From Alphaproteobacteria bacterium (GTDB lineage Bacteria > Pseudomonadota > Alphaproteobacteria > UBA828), in the NCBI GenBank assembly GCA_009691045.1, contig SHWC01000003.1, positions 7,995-71,994 on the forward strand: DNA of 64,000 nt. Reading direction: 5' to 3'. Both the position numbers and the translations under genes were made by a program. Below the pieces are notes generated by a model, which made no database searches, was not told the DNA's origin, and saw nothing but the letters and a program-made list of their open reading frames with translations. This document shows positions 56,330 to 64,000 of this stretch, one piece after another (the stretch's first letter is position 1; each line of letters begins with the position of its first letter).

Positions 56330-57607
56330 CTAGTCCGCCCGAAACTCGCCGGACTTGCCACCCGCTTTATGCACCAAGCGTAGATCGGTGATGCGCATGG
56401 CCCGATCGATCGCCTTGCACATGTCATAGACGGTCAAGGCAGCGACCGAGGCGGCGGTGAGCGCCTCCATCTCAACCCCGGTGCGTGCCGTGATCTTGCA
56501 GGTGGCCACGATATCGACCGCGTTGCGCGCGGGATCGCAGGTCAAATCGAGCGTCACGGCATCGAGCGCAAGCGGATGGCAGAGCGGAATCAATTCGGGT
56601 GTTTTTTTCGCCGCCATGATGCCGGCCAATCGCGCGACCGAGAGCACATCGCCCTTCTTGATGCCACCCTCCATGATCCGCTTCAGCGTTTCGGGCCGCA
56701 TCAGCACGCTGGCCGCCGCTGTCGCCGTGCGCTCGGTGGTCGATTTGGTCGAGACGTCGACCATATGCGCGCGGCCCTCTCGATCGAAGTGGCTTAGTCC
56801 ATCGGCCGGGCTGGCTCCGGCGCCGAGCAAGGTGCGTGTCGCCAACGCGACGTCCGCCTGGCGCATCAGCGATTCGCCGACCAGGAAGCGGCGCACGCCG
56901 ATCGCCGCCATGCGCACTAGGTCGGCATGGTGTTCAAGCCCGCTCTCGCAAACGACGTCGCGGCCGGCCGGTACGCGTGGCGCGAGCCGCTCGCTGACCG
57001 CGAGGTCAACCTTCAAGGATTTCAAATCGCGATTGTTGATGCCGATCAAGCGTGATTTGAGCTTGAGCGCGCGATCGAGCTCGGCCTCGTTATGAACTTC
57101 AATCAGCGTGTCCATGCCGAACTCGCTTGCCGCCGCTTCGAGCTCGGCGGCTTGGTCATCGGCCAAGGCGGCCATGATAAGCAAAATACAATCGGCGCCG
57201 AGCGCGCGCGCCTCGACCACTTGATAGGGGTCGAGCATGAAATCCTTGCGCAAGGTCGGCAATGAAACGGCATTGCGGGCGAGGGCAAGGAAACGATCCT
57301 CGCCTTGGAAATAAGGTACGTCGGTCAACACCGAGAGGCACGCAGCACCGCCATCCTGATAGGCGCGGGCGAGGGAAGGTGGGTCGAAATCGGCACGGAT
57401 CAGGCCTTTGCTCGGCGAGGCTTTCTTGATCTCGGCGATCAAAGCGAGGCCGCTGCCGGCGGCCCGCCGCGCCAGGGCCGCGGCAAAGCCGCGCGGTGGG
57501 TTCGCCGCTTTGGCCTCGGCGAGCAAGGCCGCGAGTGGGCGCGCCGATTTCTGGCGCTGAATATGGTGCCATTTATCGGCGCAAATGCGGGCGAGCGTGT
57601 CGCTCAT
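56330..57607 (-). CDS. trpC: apparent bifunctional indole-3-glycerol-phosphate synthase (TrpC) / cyclic pyranopterin monophosphate synthase (MoaC) fusion
   Basis: One uninterrupted 425-aa ORF. Residues about 1-265 read as a TrpC TIM barrel (..[12 protein letters not shown]..). Residues about 270-425 read as MoaC (..[14 protein letters not shown]..), joined by the linker GAGASPADG. No stop or start codon intervenes. Confidence 0.75.
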   Translation of the reverse strand: MSDTLARICADKWHHIQRQKSARPLAALLAEAKAANPPRGFAAALARRAAGSGLALIAEIKKASPSKGLIRADFDPPSLARAYQDGGAACLSVLTDVPYFQGEDRFLALARNAVSLPTLRKDFMLDPYQVVEARALGADCILLIMAALADDQAAELEAAASEFGMDTLIEVHNEAELDRALKLKSRLIGINNRDLKSLKVDLAVSERLAPRVPAGRDVVCESGLEHHADLVRMAAIGVRRFLVGESLMRQADVALATRTLLGAGASPADGLSHFDREGRAHMVDVSTKSTTERTATAAASVLMRPETLKRIMEGGIKKGDVLSVARLAGIMAAKKTPELIPLCHPLALDAVTLDLTCDPARNAVDIVATCKITARTGVEMEALTAASVAALTVYDMCKAIDRAMRITDLRLVHKAGGKSGEFRAD

Positions 57608-58647
57608 GATAAATCGGTCGGCGGTGGGCGGTTGGTGATTGCGATCAAGGCTTCGAGCGCGGCGCGCGCACGGCCGGTATCGACCGCCCGCGCGGCCAGC
57701 TGAAGCCCGGCTTTAAGGTCGGGTGCCTTGTCGGCGATGACCAAAGCGGCGGCGGCGTTCAACAACACGATGTCGCGCAACGGCCCCTTGGCGCCATCGA
57801 GCAACTCGCGCAGGAGGCGCGCGTTCTCTTCGCCATCGCCGCCGCGTAAATCTTCGAGCCTGGCCCGTGGCAGACCGACCTCCTCGGGCGTGATCTCGAA
57901 ACGCCGCACCTGGCCACCCTTGAGTTCGGCGATGTGGCTCGGGCCTGTTGTCGTCAGTTCATCGAGACCATCAGCGCCATGCACGACCCAAACGCGTTCG
58001 GCACCGAGATTGCGTAAAACGTGGGCTATCGGTTCGAGCCATTCGGCGGCAAAGACGCCGAGCAATTGACGTTTGGCCCCAGCCGGATTGGAGAGCGGTC
58101 CGAGCAGATTGAAAATCGTCCTGACGCCGAGCTCGACTCGTGCCGGCGCGACATGGCGCATCGCGCCATGATGGCGTGGGGCCATCATGAAGCCGATATT
58201 GGCCATGCGGAGCGCTTCTTCGATCAGCGGCACTTCGGCATCGAGATTGACGCCAAGCGCGCCAAGCAAATCCGCCGAACCTGAGCGCGACGAGAGCGCG
58301 CGATTGCCGTGTTTGGCCACCGGCACACCGGCGCCCGCCACGATGAGTGCCGCCGCGGTTGAAATGTTGAAGCTGCCGCTCGCATCGCCGCCCGTGCCAC
58401 ACGTGTCGATCGCGTGTGACGGCGCGGTGACTTTTACGACTCGTGCACGGAGTGCGAGCGCGCCGCCCGTGATCTCCTCGATTGTTTCGCCGCGCACCCG
58501 AAGGCCCATCAAGAACGCGCCCATCTGCGCCGGAGTCGCTTCGCCGGCCATCATGAGTCCAAACGCGTGACGTGCTTGTTCGACGCCGAGTCTCTCGCCC
58601 GCCGCGACGTGCCGCAGCACGGATTTCATGTCCTCAACTTGGCTCAT
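57604..58647 (-). CDS. trpD: anthranilate phosphoribosyltransferase
   Basis: TrpD family (..[21 protein letters not shown].., GTGGD). The start is ambiguous: ATG 58647 (chosen), ATG 58668 or ATG 58629. The table ORF extends to a GTG at 58758. Confidence 0.85.
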   Translation of the reverse strand: MSQVEDMKSVLRHVAAGERLGVEQARHAFGLMMAGEATPAQMGAFLMGLRVRGETIEEITGGALALRARVVKVTAPSHAIDTCGTGGDASGSFNISTAAALIVAGAGVPVAKHGNRALSSRSGSADLLGALGVNLDAEVPLIEEALRMANIGFMMAPRHHGAMRHVAPARVELGVRTIFNLLGPLSNPAGAKRQLLGVFAAEWLEPIAHVLRNLGAERVWVVHGADGLDELTTTGPSHIAELKGGQVRRFEITPEEVGLPRARLEDLRGGDGEENARLLRELLDGAKGPLRDIVLLNAAAALVIADKAPDLKAGLQLAARAVDTGRARAALEALIAITNRPPPTDLS

Positions 58648-58828
58648 CGCCGGTTCGCTCAGCTCCATTGAATTCGATCGCAGCAAACCGGTCGGCGAGG
58701 TCGCCGTCAAGGGCGACACAGACGATTGCGCGCATCTTTTACTTAGTTTCTTTGCCACGCCGCGCGAATCGCATTAGTAGAGCCTCAATACGCAAGAGAA
58801 CCTTTGGTACTCGCCGCTCAGGGAAAAA

Positions 58829-59809
58829 ATGAACCAAATCGGACGTCGTTACGGACATCGGACTTTCGCGCGGCGCGGCAGCGCCCGCGGCAAGGGAATC
58901 GGATTCGGCGCGGCTGTGTTGGCCGCGCTTCTTTTTTCAAAGCCGGGCGCGAACACTGTTTATGAGACCGAGGTGCTGACCAGCGCGTTGGCCAGCGAGA
59001 CGCCGTTTGGCGTATCGGAGATCGTCACGACCGGGCCACGCCTGATCGCCCTGGCCAGCCTTCAGATGCCCAAGCTCGCTTTGCAGTCGCCGCCATGGCG
59101 GCGCTTTGCCAGTGTCGCGCAAATTCGGGCCGGCCAACCGGCGATTGCTATCGTCATGGACGACCTTGGTGGGTCTCTGAACCAGGTCGAGGATGTGCTG
59201 GGGCTGGATCCCGCATTGACCTTGTCGTTCCTGCCCGGCGGCGCCGATGCACCGCGGTTCGCCGCCATGGCCCATGAGGCGGGGCACGATGTGATGGTCC
59301 ATATGCCGATGGAGCCGAATGACCCGGGCGTCAATCCTGGCAAGGGGGCGCTCCTGACCGATCAAGACGCCGCCATGCTCGGGCGCAGACTGAACGCGAG
59401 CTTGGATCGCTTCGAAGGCTATGTGGGAATCAACAATCACATGGGCAGCCGGTTCACGCGCGATCGACGCGCGATGACGGTGGTGCTCGACGAATTGAAG
59501 GCGCGGGGTCTGATGTTCCTCGATTCGAAAACAACGCTGGGGTCGCAGGCATCGGATTTGGCCAAGGGCCTTCGGTTGCCGCTCGCTGAGCGCGATGTTT
59601 TTATCGATAATGACAGCACGCCCGAGGCAATTGCCGGTCAGCTTGCGCGTCTCGAAAATCTGGCGCGCGAGCGGGGTGTTGCGGTCGCGATCGGCCATCC
59701 CCATGCCACGACGCTTGGAGCGCTCCGCGAATGGCTGCCTCTCGCGCGGGCGCGCGGGCTTGCGATCGTGCCCATCAGCTATGTCGCGGCGTTGAACTGC
59801 GATTGCTGA
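58829..59809 (+). CDS. divergent polysaccharide deacetylase family protein (YibQ-like)
   Basis: 326 aa with an N-terminal membrane anchor and a polysaccharide-deacetylase-like fold (..AIVMDDLG..HMPMEP..). Confidence 0.75.
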   Translation: MNQIGRRYGHRTFARRGSARGKGIGFGAAVLAALLFSKPGANTVYETEVLTSALASETPFGVSEIVTTGPRLIALASLQMPKLALQSPPWRRFASVAQIRAGQPAIAIVMDDLGGSLNQVEDVLGLDPALTLSFLPGGADAPRFAAMAHEAGHDVMVHMPMEPNDPGVNPGKGALLTDQDAAMLGRRLNASLDRFEGYVGINNHMGSRFTRDRRAMTVVLDELKARGLMFLDSKTTLGSQASDLAKGLRLPLAERDVFIDNDSTPEAIAGQLARLENLARERGVAVAIGHPHATTLGALREWLPLARARGLAIVPISYVAALNCDC

Positions 59810-59823
59810 TTCGCGGTCCCACT

Positions 59824-61725
59824 CTATTGGTTTTGTGCCGGGCCGAATAGGCTCTTAAGCCGGGCCTGATTGACGGTAACCCCAATCTGCTGCTCAAGCG
59901 TGGCCTGAAACGCGATCACGATATCTTCATCGCGCGCCTGCCCAAGCCCTTGAGCCATGCGCTCGATATCAGCCGCAGCGGCGGCCGGATCGGGCGTTTC
60001 GCGGCTTTTCAACATGACAACGGCATAGCCTTCGGGAATTTGCTCGACGATCGGGGTAGGTGCGGCCGGGTCTTGCGCGAATAAAGCGCGTTCAACACTG
60101 GGCGTTGAGCCACGGTTCTCACTCTGTTGGTTGCGCACCAAGCCATCTAATTCGACGACCTCGTAGCCGGCCGCCTTGGCCGCGTCACTGAGCGGCGTGC
60201 CCGCCTTAACGGTAGCGGCCAGTCCGGCCGCCGCGAGTTCGGTCCGCTTCAAACGCTCGGTCAATTTATAGGTTCCCAACACCTTGTCGCGCACCTCGGC
60301 GAGCGGGCGCAGCGTCGAGGGCTCGACGGCGTCAAGCCTGGCTACGAAAGCGCTATCGATTTGGCTGGTGCGGAGGCCCGTATCGGAATCCTTCTCAAGC
60401 TCGAAGATGGCGACCACAATGTCATTGCGATCGGCGAGCCCGACCAACACCTCATTGCCGGATTTGTCGAAGCCCGCGGAATCGAGCGTGAGTTTGATGG
60501 TGTCGAGACCGACCGCGCTCGCGGCCTGATCGATATTGGCGCCGCTGGCAAGCTCGTCCTCGATGGTTTTCGAAAGTCGCACTAAACTATCGGCGGCGAG
60601 GCGGAGCGACATTTCCGCCTTGATGGCGTCATGCGCCTCCTCATAGGTGCGCGTGCGCGCCGGCTTGATGTCGGTGACGCGGTAAAGGCCAAAACCAAAG
60701 GGGGTTTCAATCGGGTCGCTCGGTTTGTCGCGCTCGAGCCCGAAGATGACATCGGCGACCGACGCGGGCAGGCTATCCTTGGTCACATCGGTCACGACAT
60801 TGATGGTAGCGCCTTTTGCGGTGAGGGCTTTGCTCATATCCGCGAAGCTTTGACCTTGGCCGAGCAGCGCGACGCCCTCCTTGATAAGCGCTTCGTCCTT
60901 GCTCAACACTTGCTCGATGCCGCGCGTCTCCGGCATTTTGAATTCATTGGCACGCGCGTCGTATTCGGCCTGAAGATCCTCCTCGCTGAGCTCGATCGTG
61001 CTGGTGAGCGCTTCCGGCGCGAGCCTCAACAGCGTCACCGTGCGGTATTCCGGCGCGGTGAATTGCGCAGCATGTTCCTTGTGGAACTTCTCGAGCGTGG
61101 CCTCGTCGGGCTCGGGCAATTCGAGGGCGTCGTCACGCGGCACGATGGCTGATTGGGCGCCGCGGCGCTCTTGGCGAATGCGGTAGAACGCCTCCGCAAG
61201 TGCCTTGGGGGCGGGGCGCGATGCGGCGACGGTGCCCAGCAATTGCGCGCGTGTGAGGTCGCCGCGCACAAGGCCTTCATAGCGCTCCGGGCTCATATTG
61301 CTGGCGCGCAATTGGCGCTCATAAACCGCCTTGTCGAACTTACCTTCTTCGTTTTGGAACGAGCTCTGCACCGCTACTTCTTCGCGCACCTGCTCGTCCG
61401 ATGCGGTGACGCCCAATCGGGTCGCCTCTTGGCTGATCAACGATTGGCCGACCAGGCGGAGCAGGGTTTGAATATAGAGGCGCTGCTGCTGGGCCTGTTC
61501 GCTGGTCAGGTTTGGATTGCGGCTTTGTATACGCGCCAGGTCACGACGGAATTCGTTCTGCAATTGCTGGGCGGAGATGGCTTCCTCGCCGACCATCGCG
61601 ATGTCGTTTTGCCCGGGGCCGCCAGAACGAAATACATCGCTAATGCCCCAAGCCGCGAAGGCAACGACCAGAACGAGCAAAATACCTTTGCTCGTCCACG
61701 AGCGCAGAAGCTCTTGAAAGTTCAC
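59824..61725 (-). CDS. ppiD: periplasmic chaperone / peptidyl-prolyl cis-trans isomerase PpiD-like (SurA N-domain plus parvulin)
   Basis: 633 aa with an N-terminal membrane anchor, a SurA-like chaperone domain and a parvulin-like region. GTG start. Confidence 0.8.
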   Translation of the reverse strand: MNFQELLRSWTSKGILLVLVVAFAAWGISDVFRSGGPGQNDIAMVGEEAISAQQLQNEFRRDLARIQSRNPNLTSEQAQQQRLYIQTLLRLVGQSLISQEATRLGVTASDEQVREEVAVQSSFQNEEGKFDKAVYERQLRASNMSPERYEGLVRGDLTRAQLLGTVAASRPAPKALAEAFYRIRQERRGAQSAIVPRDDALELPEPDEATLEKFHKEHAAQFTAPEYRTVTLLRLAPEALTSTIELSEEDLQAEYDARANEFKMPETRGIEQVLSKDEALIKEGVALLGQGQSFADMSKALTAKGATINVVTDVTKDSLPASVADVIFGLERDKPSDPIETPFGFGLYRVTDIKPARTRTYEEAHDAIKAEMSLRLAADSLVRLSKTIEDELASGANIDQAASAVGLDTIKLTLDSAGFDKSGNEVLVGLADRNDIVVAIFELEKDSDTGLRTSQIDSAFVARLDAVEPSTLRPLAEVRDKVLGTYKLTERLKRTELAAAGLAATVKAGTPLSDAAKAAGYEVVELDGLVRNQQSENRGSTPSVERALFAQDPAAPTPIVEQIPEGYAVVMLKSRETPDPAAAAADIERMAQGLGQARDEDIVIAFQATLEQQIGVTVNQARLKSLFGPAQNQ

Positions 61726-61895
61726 CGTCTAACCTCTTGGGGTAAATGGCCCAATATCGGGATCAAGGCGCGGCATATTAAAGCCGAGCCCCAGGGTGCG
61801 GCAACCGTCAAGCGTCGCTGGCGCGCTGGCGCAAGCCACTTTGGCCATGATAAAACTCGCGCCGCACGGCCACTCCACGGGTTCGTTAATCAACA

Positions 61896-62690
61896 ATGGC
61901 TGCATCAGGCGCGCCGCGGCCCTTGGTCGTGGCCAATTGGAAAATGAATGGCCTGCGCCGCGACGGCATTGATCGTGCGCGGGCTTTGGTTCTTTTGGCG
62001 CGGAACAAGGGGCAGATTGCGGGCGAGGTGGTGCTTTGTCCGCCGGCGACCTTGCTGCATGAAATCCGCGCGGCGCTCAGTGGCAGCGGCATTGGGCTTG
62101 GCGCGCAGGATTGCCACGCGGCGGCGAGCGGCGCCCATACGGGGGATCTCAGCGCGCCCATGTTGGCCGATCTTGGCTGTGCCTATGTGATTGTCGGGCA
62201 CTCCGAGCGGCGCGCGGGCCATGGCGAAAGCGATCTCCAAGTGCGTGCCAAGGCCGAGGCAGCGTTGGCGGTCGGGCTTGGGCCCATCATCTGCGTGGGG
62301 GAAAGCGAAGCGGCGCGGGATCAGGGCCAAAGCGTCGCGGTCGTGCGCGCACAGCTTGAGGGCTCCGTGCCGAGCGGGGTCGCGGGCGAGGCTTTGGCGA
62401 TCGCCTATGAGCCGATTTGGGCGATCGGAACTGGGCGCACCCCTAAACCCGAGCAAATCGCCGAGGTCCACGCCATGATCCATGAGTTTGGCAAAGCGCG
62501 TTTTTCCGGCGGCGCGGCGGCGCTTCGCGTGCTATATGGCGGCTCCGTCAACGCGCGGAACGCGGCCGAAATCCTCTCTCTGGAGGGGGTCAATGGCGCG
62601 CTGGTCGGCGGCGCCAGCCTTGAAGCCGCCGGATTTTGGACCATTTGTGAGGCGGCCGGCGGGCCCGTTATGGCCGCCCAGGGCCGGTGA
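61896..62690 (+). CDS. tpiA: triose-phosphate isomerase
   Basis: 264 aa TIM family (VVANWKMNG, AYEPIWAIGTG, GGSVN). Confidence 0.93.
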   Translation: MAASGAPRPLVVANWKMNGLRRDGIDRARALVLLARNKGQIAGEVVLCPPATLLHEIRAALSGSGIGLGAQDCHAAASGAHTGDLSAPMLADLGCAYVIVGHSERRAGHGESDLQVRAKAEAALAVGLGPIICVGESEAARDQGQSVAVVRAQLEGSVPSGVAGEALAIAYEPIWAIGTGRTPKPEQIAEVHAMIHEFGKARFSGGAAALRVLYGGSVNARNAAEILSLEGVNGALVGGASLEAAGFWTICEAAGGPVMAAQGR

Positions 62691-62697
62691 GGACAGC

Positions 62698-63123
62698 GTG
62701 GAAACCATTCTTCTCGTCATCCTGATTATTATAGCGCTCGCGCTCATTGGGGTCGTTTTGGTCCAACGCAGCGAAGGTGGCGCGCTTGGTATTGGTGGCG
62801 GCGGACCGGGCGGCATGTTCTCGTCGCGCGGCTCGGCCAATCTCTTGACCCGCGTGACGGCGGGTTTGGCCGCGGCGTTCATGATCTTGAGCCTGATCCT
62901 TGTCATTCTCGAAGGCGGCAATCGGCGCTCGCAATCGGTGATGGACACGGCCGAAATTAAGGGTGAAGCGCAGAGCGAAAGCGAAGTTCAGACGCCGCTC
63001 AAGACCGATTCATCGACGAACCCTGCGACCGATGCGACCGGCGAGGCGCCGGCGCCGAGCGCGCCCGAGTCGGGCGCGGCCACGCCAAGCGACGGCAAGC
63101 CCGTCGTCCCCCAGAGCGAGTGA
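62698..63123 (+). CDS. secG: preprotein translocase subunit SecG
   Basis: About 141 aa from the GTG at 62698 (METILLVILIIIALALIGVVLVQ). Two transmembrane segments with a Gly-rich loop and a low-complexity C-terminus. The table ORF opening at 62482 overlaps tpiA and is an over-extension. Confidence 0.85.
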   Translation: METILLVILIIIALALIGVVLVQRSEGGALGIGGGGPGGMFSSRGSANLLTRVTAGLAAAFMILSLILVILEGGNRRSQSVMDTAEIKGEAQSESEVQTPLKTDSSTNPATDATGEAPAPSAPESGAATPSDGKPVVPQSE

Positions 63124-63211
63124 TCGAGCTATATTTCCATAGGGCTGCCGCGGGCTTTGCCGGTCGCGGCGGGGTGTCACTTCTGTCGTTCGTTCAAGTC
63201 TGATAGCTTAG

Positions 63212-64000
<789 letters not shown>

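Overview
This 64 kb window is a high-GC (about 63%) core chromosomal segment from an alphaproteobacterium; the gene order looks like Rhizobiales/Hyphomicrobiales. It is almost entirely conserved housekeeping genes on the + strand: tig (3' part), clpP, clpX, lon, hupB, tRNA-Val, tRNA-Asp, the complete 14-gene complex I operon nuoA–N fused translationally to birA, coaX and RNase J, then mce, DUF1467, tag, proS, lolCE/lolD, dnaE, rpsB-tsf-pyrH-frr-uppS-cdsA, rseP-bamA-skp-lpxD-fabZ-lpxA-lpxI-lpxB, gloA, comEC, a polysaccharide deacetylase, tpiA, secG and the start of pyrG. The – strand carries a PPOX flavoprotein, gltA, gltX, lexA, moeA, a single ORF fusing TrpC and MoaC, trpD, and a PpiD-like chaperone. 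I found no CRISPR array, integrase, transposase or recognisable defence system. The only accessory-looking DNA is a small low-GC insertion between tRNA-Val and tRNA-Asp; it carries a GIY-YIG (YhbQ-like) nuclease and a lipoprotein with no recognisable domain. Other points worth a second look are the TrpC–MoaC fusion, a well-formed alphaproteobacterial LexA box, sigma32-like promoters at lon and clpP, a near-consensus sigma70 promoter for the rseP–lpx operon, and several perfect palindromes and terminators. All family assignments come from reading the ORF translations by eye, because no homology search was possible.
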